64,000 nt of DNA from Burkholderiales bacterium (GTDB taxonomy: Bacteria > Pseudomonadota > Gammaproteobacteria > Burkholderiales > SG8-41), in NCBI GenBank assembly GCA_030683105.1, contig JAUXMZ010000037.1, forward strand, positions 767 to 64,766, given 5' to 3'. Positions 18,750-28,723 of this stretch are shown piece after piece. A program made the translations under genes and the position numbers. The notes beneath the pieces were generated by a model. It saw only the letters and a program-made list of their open reading frames with translations. It had not been told where the DNA came from and did no database searches. How positions within the stretch are numbered: position 1 is the stretch's first letter; each line of letters opens with the position of its first letter.

Positions 18750-19742
18750 TCAGACTTGCGCATTCTCTTCATGCTCAACAACCTTTTTGAGTACAATTAA
18801 ATAACTGTCACCACGCCCAATGAAGTCTACAAATCTTGTTATCAACTGTGGCAACAGAATCAATTGGGTTGCCATTATGATTTTGTTCATCAACACCTTA
18901 GGTTGCCATAGACTACGTGGTTTCACGCTCCAGAATGAAGATGGGGCACCTTCCCCCGGGTAACTTAACAGATGAATCCACTGGTAACACAGCCAACTCG
19001 AAGAGGTCACGGTTTCAATTCTTTCCACAATCAGGCCTGCCTTCTCAGCCGCAAGTTCCAACGAGCGAATTGAAAAGAATTGCAAATGATAAGGCGTGTG
19101 CCAATTGATCCAGCGACTTCCAAATATCTTTGCTCCCCAACCATTTGCATTGGGAGTACTCAAAATTGCTGCCCCTCCGAGCCTTAGCACTTGGGCAATT
19201 CCGCGTAGTGTCTCCACTGGGTCAGTTACATGTTCTATCACTTGACTCATCGTAACGTAGTCAAACGAATTGGGAGCGTATAGTTTGGGATCAAACAGCC
19301 CCACATGAACTTTGAAACCAAACTTATCCGCCACACGACGTATGTTCATATCCGCTTCTACACCATACACGTCGCACCCACGAGCTTGGTGATATCCAAG
19401 GGACTCTCCAAAACCACAGCCAATATCGAGAACTCGAACGTTACGAGGAACCCAGCGAAATGCGCCACTTCTCGCCCCATTCAACCATGCCTTGAACCCA
19501 TGGGTTTCTTGATGCGGCTGAAAATCTTCCAGATTTAGTGCTGAGCGAGGGTAATAATTAGAGTAGAGATTGCCCAATAACTCAGGGGAAAAATCACCAT
19601 CCAAAAACACATGTCCGCAATTACGGCACTTTAACAGTTGAAATCTTCCCGGATAGCCATAGCGATCATCATAAAGTCTGAGGGTAGGCGATGGGGTCTG
19701 ATGATCACATATTGGGCAATTCATCTTATTCGTAATAACCAA
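18750..19742 (-). CDS. Class I SAM-dependent methyltransferase with N-terminal zinc ribbon
   Basis: 330 aa. CPICDH...CRNCGHVF, then VLDIGCGFGESLGY...MSQVIEHVTDPVETLRGIAQVLRLGGAAILSTPN. Confidence 0.75.
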   Translation of the reverse strand: MVITNKMNCPICDHQTPSPTLRLYDDRYGYPGRFQLLKCRNCGHVFLDGDFSPELLGNLYSNYYPRSALNLEDFQPHQETHGFKAWLNGARSGAFRWVPRNVRVLDIGCGFGESLGYHQARGCDVYGVEADMNIRRVADKFGFKVHVGLFDPKLYAPNSFDYVTMSQVIEHVTDPVETLRGIAQVLRLGGAAILSTPNANGWGAKIFGSRWINWHTPYHLQFFSIRSLELAAEKAGLIVERIETVTSSSWLCYQWIHLLSYPGEGAPSSFWSVKPRSLWQPKVLMNKIIMATQLILLPQLITRFVDFIGRGDSYLIVLKKVVEHEENAQV

Positions 19743-19744
19743 TT

Positions 19745-20611
19745 CTAAATTTTTCTCAAAACAACTAGCATGTGATCGGGGCCGAGCGCGGGCAACCCTT
19801 GGTAATTACCAAGTAATATTTTTTTTCTGAAGTATTGAGCCAATACCCAGAAAATGGATTTCATGTATCCAACAGAAGCGTACGTTCCGTCAATTGAAAG
19901 AAGTTCAAAATCATCTAACTCCCGGAAAAATTGCCTTGATGGGAAAACAATATGCTCAGGTGCCTTCAGATACCACCAATCATTTTTGGTCAAGCGCGCA
20001 CTGAGCGAATCTACGTCCCCTGTGAGAAGTATCAATACACCTCCCTCAACCAATAACTGTTTAAATTTTATAATAGACCCCAGTAGATCATGAAGATGCT
20101 CAACAAGATCAAATGCAGTGATGACATCAAATTGACCCCTTACCTCATCAATTGAAGAAAATGAGCGATGTCCCTTGTCACACAATATCGCCTGACTCGT
20201 TATTGATGGCTCGACCCCAAACGTATAACACCCCTTCGAACCCGCAAAATCTAATAATGAGCCAATATTACAACCAACATCCAGAACCCTTTTACCCTCA
20301 ATGAAATACTGCTTCAATCGATGAACAATATTTCTAGGCTTCTCTTCAACAAAGCCAGTTTGTCTCAACCACTTTGTGTTCGATTCCCCATTTTTATACA
20401 ACTCAAGTGCATCGTTCTCGTGCAGAATGTTCTGAGTGAACCAAGATTTGCATGATCCACATTGGCAAATTGATGAAACCTCCTGCAGTTCAATTAGGTG
20501 CGTTGAGAACATCACAGGTTTTCTGTAGTCAATCTTTCCCAAGTACTCAATATCTTTTGAAAGACATAATGGGCAAGCGCTCCATTTATGGTCATTTTTA
20601 ATAGTTAGCAT
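19745..20611 (-). CDS. Class I SAM-dependent methyltransferase
   Basis: 288 aa. CPLC...CGSC, then VLDVGCNIGSLLDF...AFDLVEHLHDLLGSIIKFKQLLVEGGVLILLTGD. Its ATG lies 2 nt from the inferred IS end. Confidence 0.7.
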   Translation of the reverse strand: MLTIKNDHKWSACPLCLSKDIEYLGKIDYRKPVMFSTHLIELQEVSSICQCGSCKSWFTQNILHENDALELYKNGESNTKWLRQTGFVEEKPRNIVHRLKQYFIEGKRVLDVGCNIGSLLDFAGSKGCYTFGVEPSITSQAILCDKGHRSFSSIDEVRGQFDVITAFDLVEHLHDLLGSIIKFKQLLVEGGVLILLTGDVDSLSARLTKNDWWYLKAPEHIVFPSRQFFRELDDFELLSIDGTYASVGYMKSIFWVLAQYFRKKILLGNYQGLPALGPDHMLVVLRKI

Positions 20612-20629
20612 CTCAGTAGTGTCCGGACG

Positions 20630-20873
20630 TTAGTCGAATAGATTCAACTGATTAGCGTCAAGGGACGGAATGTCTTCGGTGACGATGTGGTTAAGCAGTT
20701 GATCCAATGAGATTCTCTCGAACATGGTTAGGCTCAAAATTTGTAGCATTTCATAGAGGCTCGCCGAAAGGTTGAGCCGTTTTTTGACGATGACGACGAG
20801 CACATAGACCGAGACTGTGATCCTGATTTGAGTCTTGACTGCGTTCTCCGAGGTGCCGAAGAAGACTTTGATA
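20630..20873 (-). pseudogene. IS4-family transposase, C-terminal fragment
   Basis: Reverse translation gives KVFFGTSENAVKTQIRITVSVYVLVVIVKKRLNLSASLYEMLQILSLTMFERISLDQLL...NLFD then a stop. Confidence 0.8.
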
Positions 20874-20907
20874 TGGACTTGCCCCGCTTTCGTGGACGGT
20901 TGGTTTC

Positions 20908-21771
20908 CTAAACGATCGCAGTCTCGCGAGTCAGTAGTCTCCTCTCGTAGTTAACGGATAACAAGTAGCCCAGGGAAGAATGCCGACGATGTGGGTTGTA
21001 CCAGCCCTCGAGCCACTCGAACACCGCCATGCGGGCTTCGGTCTGCGTCTTGAACCGGCGCCGGTTCAGCAGTTCACGTTCCAGGGTAGCGAAGAAGCTC
21101 TCGGCCATGGCGTTATCGTACGCATCGCCGACCGATCCCATGGACGGCATGACGCCCATTTCACGGCACCGTTTGCCAAATGCGTAGCTGGTGTATTGGC
21201 AGCCCCGTTCGGAGTGGTGGATCACCCCCTGTGGCCGACGTTGCATCAGGGCCATGTTCAGCGCGCTCATCACCAGTTCGGTGCGCAGATGCGTTTCCAT
21301 CGCCCAGCCCACAATGCGGCGCGACCAGACATCCAGCACCACCGCCAGATACAGAAAGCCGTACCATGTCGGAATGTAGGTGATGTCGGCGACCCACAGA
21401 CAATCCGGCCCCGCGGCCGCAAACTGCCGCTCGACCAAGTCCACCGCGCGCCCCGTCGTCGGATCCACTATCGTGGTGCGCACAAAGCACTGAGGAGTGA
21501 CGCCGCACAAGTCAGCGGCCTGCATCAATCGCGCCACGCGCTTATGGCCAACGTGAATGCCGTGATCGTCGGCCAGTTCGGCATGAATCGAAGGTGCCCC
21601 GTACGCGCCTCGGGAGCGGCGATGAATACCGTGGATCAGTGCAGTCAGCGCAATATCCGCTCGCGCACGTGCTGACAGCGGCCGATATTCCCACGCGTAG
21701 AACCCGCTCTTGGAGACTTTGAGCAACCGGCACATGAGCGCCACCGGATTTCGGGCCTGGTTTGCCTTCAC
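20908..21771 (-). CDS. IS3-family OrfB (DDE integrase core)
   Basis: 287 aa. ...NPVALMCRLLKVSKSGFYAW...WVADITYIPT...HHSERGCQYTS...DNAMAESFF...YNPHRRHSSLGY.... Confidence 0.9.
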   Translation of the reverse strand: MKANQARNPVALMCRLLKVSKSGFYAWEYRPLSARARADIALTALIHGIHRRSRGAYGAPSIHAELADDHGIHVGHKRVARLMQAADLCGVTPQCFVRTTIVDPTTGRAVDLVERQFAAAGPDCLWVADITYIPTWYGFLYLAVVLDVWSRRIVGWAMETHLRTELVMSALNMALMQRRPQGVIHHSERGCQYTSYAFGKRCREMGVMPSMGSVGDAYDNAMAESFFATLERELLNRRRFKTQTEARMAVFEWLEGWYNPHRRHSSLGYLLSVNYERRLLTRETAIV

Positions 21772-22084
21772 GAATCCGAAGAGCGCTTCGGTGTCGCGGT
21801 GCTCTCTTTCGCAAAAACCGGGCCGCGGCTTTTGACAGGATCTCCCGCTCCAGCTTGAGCTGCCGGTTCTCGCGCCGCAGCCGGCTTAACTCCTGCCGAT
21901 CTTCGCTCGTCAGGCCGCCGTCTCCTCGACCCGCGTCCCGCTCGGCCTGTTTGACCCACTGCCGGATCGACCACCCCGTGCAGCCAAACTCCTGCTCCAG
22001 ATCGGCGAATTTACGCCCGGCCCGGACCAGCTCGACCATCTGGCGCCGGAACTCCGGCGGGTACTTCCGTTGCTTGTTTGCCAT
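21542..22084 (-). CDS. IS3-family OrfA (HTH/leucine zipper); only the first ~90 codons are OrfA-like
   Basis: ATG at 22084 gives MANKQRKYPPEFRRQMVELVRAGRKFADLEQEFG...LRRENRQLKLEREILSKAAA. After the T5 run (A5 on the plus strand, 21813-21817) the frame reads through non-homologous sequence. Confidence 0.75.
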   Translation of the reverse strand: MANKQRKYPPEFRRQMVELVRAGRKFADLEQEFGCTGWSIRQWVKQAERDAGRGDGGLTSEDRQELSRLRRENRQLKLEREILSKAAARFLRKRAPRHRSALRIREGKPGPKSGGAHVPVAQSLQERVLRVGISAAVSTCASGYCADCTDPRYSSPLPRRVRGTFDSCRTGRRSRHSRWP

Positions 22085-22138
22085 TTCGAACACCTCTCTT
22101 TGTGACAATGGAGTGTCCACTGAAACGGGTCAAGTCCA

Positions 22139-23064
22139 ATACGAAGATGCTGCTTTATCCATTTGAAAAACAACTCGACCTGCCACCGGTATCGATAGAG
22201 ATCGGCGATAGTGATCGCCGGCAGCGCGAAGTTGTTGGTCAGGAACACCCGCCGTTTGCCGGTCTTGGGGTCTTTGAACTTGATGCGGCGCAGTGGCCTA
22301 TTGAAGTCTTGGCGCGAGTAGAAACCGGCGAGCGCGATGGTTCGATCGCAAATCAAGCCAGTGCTTCGATCGACCGGATGGGAATAACGCCGATGGGCTT
22401 TGAGGTTGGATTTGGCGCGCGTCACAAAGATGCTGTCTGCTTCGTGCAGGCGATGGAGCCGTTCGAAATCGAGATAGCCTCGGTCCATGATGTAGAAGGC
22501 ACCCGGTTCTGGCAGCAACAGGTCCAGAGCATCGACGTCGTGAAGCTTGCCGTCGCTGATGTGCAGAAACGTGGGGATGTTGCCGCGCAGATCCAAGAGC
22601 GTGTGCAGCTTGATGGCTGCTTTGGTCGAGCGAAACGGTGCCCAAGGAAACACCGACATGCACAAATCGATGGTGCTGGCATCGAGCGCGTAGACCGTCT
22701 CCTTCTGATCGACGCCAAAGGGTTCCGCAGCATAAAGGGGGCGGGCTATTCCAATGAGCGATTGTGCAAACTCGGCATAGATGTGCCAGTCGCGCACTTC
22801 GTTGGCATCAGCCAACGTGCTGCGCGATACCCGGGTCTTGATCCCCATGTGGTACAGCTTGCTCGCTTGGGCTCGCAGACACGCTTCGATGTCGCGCAAG
22901 CTCTCGCGATAGGTCAGTTGGGCAAAGGCCATGCAAAGATATTGATCGAGGCAGGAAAAGCTCTTGACCTTGTGCTCGCCGCCATAGCGCGCCACGCAAC
23001 GGCGAAACGTCGTCAGCGGCAAATGCTGCGTGACTTGCGCGAACACCAATTTGCCCAAGTGCAT
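22139..23064 (-). pseudogene. IS4-family transposase, N-terminal fragment (DUF4372 + DDE)
   Basis: MHLGKLVFAQVTQHLPLTTFRRCVARYGGEHKVKSFSCLDQYLCMAFAQLTYRESLRDIE...YRYRWQVELFFKWIKQHLRI, then the IS3 end. Confidence 0.85.
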
Positions 23065-23186
23065 CGAAGTCCCCTGCGAGTAAGTTCCTCGCAGGATCGC
23101 AAATTGCCGCAGAGAAGTTCAAATCGAGACCAGAAAAAATCATGAGTTATCTATTTCAGATCAACCAATTATTGCGTTTCTGTCGT

Positions 23187-24104
23187 TCAACATCCGGACA
23201 GCAGTGATTTGGACAGATCAGTTAATATAGCGGAAATATTCTTTCTCCTATACGCATCAATGTAAGTTACCGAACTCGCATTAATGATTTCAACCTTTAG
23301 ATTTTTGGCGTAGTCCGCAACCCTCCTATGTCCTTCAAACATTTTACCAAGCACCTGAAAGAGGGTATCCATTGTAAATATTCTTTCATCTGAACCATCC
23401 ATGGAAAAAGGCTGCAGCCCGACATTCTTGTCATAAAAGTGCACATCTTTTATACAGACTCTGTTTTCATCATCCAGAGCCAATGTCTCATGCCAAGAAT
23501 GATCCGCGCCAAGGAGGAATATTTTTTTGTACCCGATTCGGAGCGCCAAAAAGAGGGCGGTGACCAACACCGTATGCGCAGGTGGCATACCTAAGTTGCG
23601 GTCAAAAAGCATATTCAGAACACTCTCTCTTCCCCAAAGCGGAACATTGTTATAGAACAACAAGCTGATATTCTGTGAATTTGAGAAAATCTCATTCAGG
23701 AATTCCTTGGCTTCGAATGGAACGCATACCAACAACGGCCAAGAGGTATCGCTAATCATTCGATCAAACAGGCGTTTCCTTATTAAAATGGTTTTATCCG
23801 GCGCCGCTGATGACCACCACATTGGATCGGCAATAACGTAGTACTTTGGCCGTACTATCCTGTATAAATCCGATTCAGGAAAGCGACCAACACAAAATGT
23901 GTCCAATTTTTGGATAACATCTAACTTGTCGCGAATATCTCCATCCAGTGATGGTCCATTTCCGAACACCACGCAAGGCACATTAGGCTTCGTCAGCTTC
24001 GGCATATTCACTCGAAAGCGCGAGCGCATCGCGACTCTCTTTAAAGACATCGCAGTCTTTAACAGCTCTTTCAAGTCAATGGCCATATTCCTAAGCTTGA
24101 GCAA
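23187..24104 (-). CDS. Putative nonulosonic-acid (sialyl-type) transferase, DUF115/GT42-like
   Basis: 305 aa. VVFGNGPSLDGDI resembles the GNGPSL motif of Cst/Maf-type enzymes. HTVLVTALFLALRIGYKKIFLLGADHSW resembles the second conserved block of CstII (...AVAIALGYKEIYLSGIDFY). The last 6 codons and the stop come from the IS terminal repeat. Confidence 0.55.
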   Translation of the reverse strand: MLKLRNMAIDLKELLKTAMSLKRVAMRSRFRVNMPKLTKPNVPCVVFGNGPSLDGDIRDKLDVIQKLDTFCVGRFPESDLYRIVRPKYYVIADPMWWSSAAPDKTILIRKRLFDRMISDTSWPLLVCVPFEAKEFLNEIFSNSQNISLLFYNNVPLWGRESVLNMLFDRNLGMPPAHTVLVTALFLALRIGYKKIFLLGADHSWHETLALDDENRVCIKDVHFYDKNVGLQPFSMDGSDERIFTMDTLFQVLGKMFEGHRRVADYAKNLKVEIINASSVTYIDAYRRKNISAILTDLSKSLLSGC

Positions 24105-24145
24105 GCATTGATTAAAACTGGACCAGATATTTTCAGCGTAAATTA

Positions 24146-26143
24146 CTATTTCTTCTTAAATTCAAAATGTTCGCGACGCGTACGTTGTTCTGGGGGCATA
24201 TATTTCAGAAATATCCCATCACTTTCAACCCGATTATTTTCCAGCAGGACACCTGACTCTGCGTCTTTATCGATACCGAATGGCTCTGACGCGACAAACA
24301 TATTGTTTCGCACAAGATTGTACTTCGGTGCAGCCGGTTCATCATCAATAATATTACTTAGGTGAGGATAGCGATCCGAATATGGCGCACGATTAAACGG
24401 CACCGAAGTTAATCGCTTTTGAAGCGTACCGTTGGGATCAAGTGCGCTTGCACGCGCCCAACCCAGGCCCCTTGCGTCAAGATGAATTGCCGGTGAGCTA
24501 AAATAGAACAAGTTGTTTTCCACCACATTATCTCTGCCACCACCAATAAATACCGGTTGCGAAACCCGAGCAAAAACGTTTCCACGAACCACGATTCCGC
24601 TCGCCATATCATCCAGATAGATACCCATCACTCCTTCTTTTGATTGAATCATTCCACCTATGTCATGAACGAAATTATCCTCAATGACCGTACCACGGGC
24701 AGTCCAGTCCCGGCCTGTATATATTGCGCCCGCGTCATCGGTTTCCAAAACGACTCTGGATATGTCATTGGACACAATCCGGTGATCGTTTCCCCAGAAC
24801 ATGATTGCGGCATGAGGTGCATCAGCGATCACATTGCCTTCTACTCTATTTCCGACACCTTCGATCGCGACTGCCGGTCGGTTGGTTCGGCCTAATCTGC
24901 TGAAACGTTGGATTTTGCTTTTTTCCACGAACAATCCGGCCGGTGTCAGTGTCTTTCGGTCTCCGCTATCTAATACGACGCCGCCCTCAGCTGTCTGATC
25001 GATCTCAACCTCTTTCAATCCGCTATTGCGCCCGCCGGAAATAACCATTGCTCGGTTGCCAACATTTCGAATGATGCAACGTTCAATCACTACGTTCTCG
25101 CTGTCCTTCAGCAGAATTGCATCACCACGTGCCTCTTCGAAAGTCAGATTTTCAACTCTCACGTTTTTTGCGGACTCAAAGCGCAGTAAAGTATCCGTTA
25201 CCGACACTTCCAAATCGCCATCCTTTACTTGTGCTAATGGCCAGAAATACAGAGTGGATGTCGTTCGGTCTAAGTACCATTCGCCTGGTTGATCCAACTC
25301 CGACAACGCATTCTGCACGCGAATTCTTTGCCCGGCGCGAATGCCACCACGTTTCGGTATAGCTCTCAATATGAGCACATTCATTGGGACATCAACCGCC
25401 TCCACACGAATCTCCTCGTCTGCCCAATCACGCGCAAAATATCCATAAGCTGATAGTTCCGGTTCGTCGGCCAGATCGATCAATGACTTACCATCCAGTC
25501 CGACGTAGCGCCCCATTCTCTCTTTGTCACGCGCAGTTGCAGGTATGTTGATGCGGGCAAATCCATCATTCGGCCACATGGCTATCGGCATCGGTTGCCC
25601 ACGAAAGAACAGCTCGGAGCGCGGAGCAATTGGATATCCGAAACCTCGTTCTATAGGGGAACCGAAAGATAAAACGAGCGTTTCGCTCAAGTGGATCGAT
25701 CCTACGTGGGATCGTGCCAGAACTGGCATTCGAGCTGGCATCTCACCGCCTTTAAGCTTGGTAAATCCACTCAGCACTTTTCCACCCGACAGAACCGCTG
25801 GTTCGCTCCCCTCTTGCTTGGGTCCGGTAATCGTAAGTCTCCCTACTGTTGCCTTGCCATTGCCCCAACGTATCAGCAGTGGAGCATCCAGCCGATACAC
25901 CCCGCCCTCAAGCATGATTCGAACATTCGGCATGTCACCCTCAATCTTCTGCCGCCATTCTCCACGATTGAGATAATTTATCGCTCCTTGCAAAGATAGC
26001 TTATCTAGGCATCGCACTCGAGTATCAGCGCACGGTATGGGAACATCGCCGCCATCGCGGGTCACCCTAAATTCCCAGTCCGAAGCCTCAGCGTATGAAA
26101 AAGAAAAGAGAAGGAATGATACTGAGACGAGTATGCGAAACAT
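24146..26143 (-). CDS. Secreted right-handed parallel beta-helix repeat protein (possible polysaccharide lyase/hydrolase)
   Basis: 665 aa. The signal peptide is MFRILVSVSFLLFSFSYAEA. Repeated PbH1-like turns are present (...NVVIERCIIRNVGNRAMVISGG..., ...HAAIMFWGNDHRIVSNDI..., ...GIVVRGNVFA...). Confidence 0.7.
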   Translation of the reverse strand: MFRILVSVSFLLFSFSYAEASDWEFRVTRDGGDVPIPCADTRVRCLDKLSLQGAINYLNRGEWRQKIEGDMPNVRIMLEGGVYRLDAPLLIRWGNGKATVGRLTITGPKQEGSEPAVLSGGKVLSGFTKLKGGEMPARMPVLARSHVGSIHLSETLVLSFGSPIERGFGYPIAPRSELFFRGQPMPIAMWPNDGFARINIPATARDKERMGRYVGLDGKSLIDLADEPELSAYGYFARDWADEEIRVEAVDVPMNVLILRAIPKRGGIRAGQRIRVQNALSELDQPGEWYLDRTTSTLYFWPLAQVKDGDLEVSVTDTLLRFESAKNVRVENLTFEEARGDAILLKDSENVVIERCIIRNVGNRAMVISGGRNSGLKEVEIDQTAEGGVVLDSGDRKTLTPAGLFVEKSKIQRFSRLGRTNRPAVAIEGVGNRVEGNVIADAPHAAIMFWGNDHRIVSNDISRVVLETDDAGAIYTGRDWTARGTVIEDNFVHDIGGMIQSKEGVMGIYLDDMASGIVVRGNVFARVSQPVFIGGGRDNVVENNLFYFSSPAIHLDARGLGWARASALDPNGTLQKRLTSVPFNRAPYSDRYPHLSNIIDDEPAAPKYNLVRNNMFVASEPFGIDKDAESGVLLENNRVESDGIFLKYMPPEQRTRREHFEFKKK

Positions 26144-26190
26144 ATCAGTAACCTAATAAATGTATGCAGTGGAGCGAGAACACTGACACC

Positions 26191-27453
26191 TCACCACTCA
26201 GTCAAAGCTTTTTTCCAGGGCATTGGCCATACTTTATTGGCAAGATACCATGTCCCCAGGAACAACACGGCTTGAGAACCCATAAAACCATACCCCGCAC
26301 CTGCCAGACCAAATTTACTGATCAGCAGGTAGGTCGCGACCACATTGATCACGCCTGAGGTAAGTGTGATGATAGCCAATCGGGCCGTTGCACCAGCCAA
26401 AAATACGTAGTTCGTCACCATGAAATACATTCCGCCGAACGCGAATCCAGCTGCCACGTATATTACGACTTCAGCGCCTGTACGAAACGCTTCGCCTACA
26501 AGCACGGAAAGAATTGCAGGCGCCAATAGACCTAGCGACAGTGCCATAACTATAAGTAAGAGAAAATAGAGGTAGGTGTAGCGAACGATTTGAATTTTTT
26601 GAGCGCCATCCCGGTTTTTAAGGTGCTCAAACAGCCACGGTGCATACGCCCGATTAAATGCACCTGTAAGAAGGCTCAACACCATCCCGATTTGCATAGC
26701 AACGGTATATATCCCGGTTTGAGAAACGCCCAGGATATTGGTGACCATGATCCGATCAACTGCCGCGATTAGCAAGCCTCCAAGCATATGTGGAATAAGC
26801 GGCACACCGAACCTAAGCGCATCCTTGATATATTCCAAGCTGATCGGCGACCGAATCCACCCGTCGCGCCACAAACTTGCAGCAGCAATGACCATTACGA
26901 TGGCTGAGGCTATCACGATACCTAATGTGCGACCCTCCCATGCAAGACCGATCACCAGGACTAACCAAAGAGACAGCCCCGCATTCAGCCCACTTTGTCC
27001 GATCTGCATGGCTCCATATTTCCACGCTTGCTTGGAAACCTGCCAAAGTAAAAGCCTGGCTAACACCACGAACTGCATGGCGGCAACCAATACCGCAATC
27101 ATTAACCAATCGCCGGGTACGCCGGACATGGACTCCAATATCCCCTTGGATAAGAAGGTACAAAGCAATACCATAGCCGTACTGGCCATCAGAATCAGCA
27201 AACAGCTTGCAGCATATCGAGGGAGATCGATTCTTTCCTGCTCAAAATAACGAACTTCCAACGCTCCTTGTGCTCCCAACCCGGTAAATGCGGAAAATAT
27301 GGAAACCATAATGCCGAACATGGCGACTATTCCGTAGTCAGCAGGACTTAATACACGGGTAAGTATAGGCAATAGCAAGAAGGGAATCGCCGCTGTAACG
27401 ATATTTGACCCTGTGTAGATACCGGCTGATTTCATCAGCCCTTTGGTCTTCAT
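26191..27453 (-). CDS. wzx: Wzx-type oligosaccharide flippase (MOP superfamily)
   Basis: 420 aa with about 12 hydrophobic spans. The N-terminus MKTKGLMKSAGIYTGSNIVTAAIPFLLLPILTRVLSPADYG is typical of polysaccharide-biosynthesis flippases. Confidence 0.75.
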   Translation of the reverse strand: MKTKGLMKSAGIYTGSNIVTAAIPFLLLPILTRVLSPADYGIVAMFGIMVSIFSAFTGLGAQGALEVRYFEQERIDLPRYAASCLLILMASTAMVLLCTFLSKGILESMSGVPGDWLMIAVLVAAMQFVVLARLLLWQVSKQAWKYGAMQIGQSGLNAGLSLWLVLVIGLAWEGRTLGIVIASAIVMVIAAASLWRDGWIRSPISLEYIKDALRFGVPLIPHMLGGLLIAAVDRIMVTNILGVSQTGIYTVAMQIGMVLSLLTGAFNRAYAPWLFEHLKNRDGAQKIQIVRYTYLYFLLLIVMALSLGLLAPAILSVLVGEAFRTGAEVVIYVAAGFAFGGMYFMVTNYVFLAGATARLAIITLTSGVINVVATYLLISKFGLAGAGYGFMGSQAVLFLGTWYLANKVWPMPWKKALTEW

Positions 27454-27514
27454 GCTCCTACTTTATTTACTGGCAGGAGGTCATCGTCACAATGACGAAA
27501 CCAAGTGCATAGGA

Positions 27515-28723
27515 TCATTCGGCCTGATGTTTCAATATCCACTTACCATCAACCTTTTCCCATAAGTGAGGTGAGCGAAATTTATCAACAGTCTCAAAGA
27601 ATTTTTCTTCTGAAATGTCGATGTAATCCAAGAATCCTTTGAAATACTTTTGCGGGAATTCTTGATCATATTTATGAACCAGATGCACCCCCTCTTCTCT
27701 TGTAATCTTTCCATTACGAATCTCCTGCGCTGCATCATAAGTTGCGCGACCGATACCGAACTTAATGAGTGTCGTGTAGTAGTGGAACATGTCTATACGG
27801 TCATCAATGCTGCTGTACTTTGAGTAGGTACCCTCCGTCCGCTCACTATTGGCCTGAAAACCAGTGTTCTCGACAGCATAGTAGTAGCATTCTTGCGGAT
27901 CCCACTTCAGGTAGTAACCGAGGTAGTGCACTTCAACACCTTTGCTTTCGAGATAATCCGCATTCGGTGGAATGTAGGGAACGAAATCGTTCAGCTGAAA
28001 CTGGCCATCGGAGATGATGTCTTTGACTGGCTTGCCACCCAATATCATTTCTTCTGGATTGCCGACTGAAAAGAACTTTCGATCCATGGTGGGAACATGG
28101 TTGTCATCGGGATTGTTGCCATACTCGGCTTGATTCTCACCATACATCACCAACTTCACACCAAACTTGGCTGCCATCAGCGGGCCGATGATGCGTTGGC
28201 CTACAATGAACGGCTGAAAAGGATGCAGCAGATTGAGAAATGCCTGTTGGGTCAAATAGCGATGCAGGCGTCCGTTCGGTGTAAACAGGATGTTGTCCAA
28301 GCCGCCGACATGCATCCAGTTTTCGAAATTTTTCCATCCAATCTCGGTGTACTCGTGCGGAGCCCAAGTGACCGTAAGCGGATTCATCCCATACTTGTAT
28401 TTGAGTATGTGCGAAGTGTAGGCGCTATCTTTTCCGCCACTCCCTGGAACGATCACATCATACCCTCCATCTTTACGACGGTGTTGATCCAGCAGTTCAA
28501 TCAACGCTTGCTCTCGCTTTTCCCAATTAATCTGCTTCTCTTTCACTTCATGGTAACGACACGCATCACACACACCCTCATCATCAAACCCTATCGTTGC
28601 TTTATTTTCTTCCTGCTTGTGCTTGAACTCCACCGTCGAACTTGGACGTTGGTTGGAAATCACACAGTGCTTACAAAATACTACGTTTTCAGGAAGTCCA
28701 TAATAGGCTTGACTCATTTTCAA
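27515..28723 (-). CDS. N-acetyl sugar amidotransferase (PP-loop ATPase; WbuX/PseA-like)
   Basis: 402 aa with the PP-loop VIVPGSGGKDSAY and an N-terminal Cys cluster. It is followed by HisH/HisF paralogues, as in wbuXYZ-type sets. Confidence 0.75.
   Translation of the reverse strand: MKMSQAYYGLPENVVFCKHCVISNQRPSSTVEFKHKQEENKATIGFDDEGVCDACRYHEVKEKQINWEKREQALIELLDQHRRKDGGYDVIVPGSGGKDSAYTSHILKYKYGMNPLTVTWAPHEYTEIGWKNFENWMHVGGLDNILFTPNGRLHRYLTQQAFLNLLHPFQPFIVGQRIIGPLMAAKFGVKLVMYGENQAEYGNNPDDNHVPTMDRKFFSVGNPEEMILGGKPVKDIISDGQFQLNDFVPYIPPNADYLESKGVEVHYLGYYLKWDPQECYYYAVENTGFQANSERTEGTYSKYSSIDDRIDMFHYYTTLIKFGIGRATYDAAQEIRNGKITREEGVHLVHKYDQEFPQKYFKGFLDYIDISEEKFFETVDKFRSPHLWEKVDGKWILKHQAE

Larger units (their letters stand above)
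20874..22138 (-). mobile_element. IS3-family insertion sequence (1265 bp) nested in the IS4 transposase gene
   Basis: Terminal IRs are TGGACTTGCCCCGCTTTCGTGGAC (20874->) and TGGACTTGACCCGTTTCAGTGGAC (22138<-). A 3-bp direct repeat ATA lies at 20871-20873 and 22139-22141. Removing the element rejoins ...WIKQHLRI|KVFFGTSENAVK... in frame. Confidence 0.9.
20613..23207 (-). mobile_element. IS4-family insertion sequence, itself disrupted by a nested IS3-family element (ends approximate)
   Basis: The transposase is split into 23064->22139 and 20873->20630. It has an imperfect terminal IR, TCAGTAGTGTCCGGACGTT (from 20613) versus TCACTGCTGTCCGGATGTT (reverse from 23207), matching at 15/19 positions. 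No target duplication was recognised. Confidence 0.6.
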
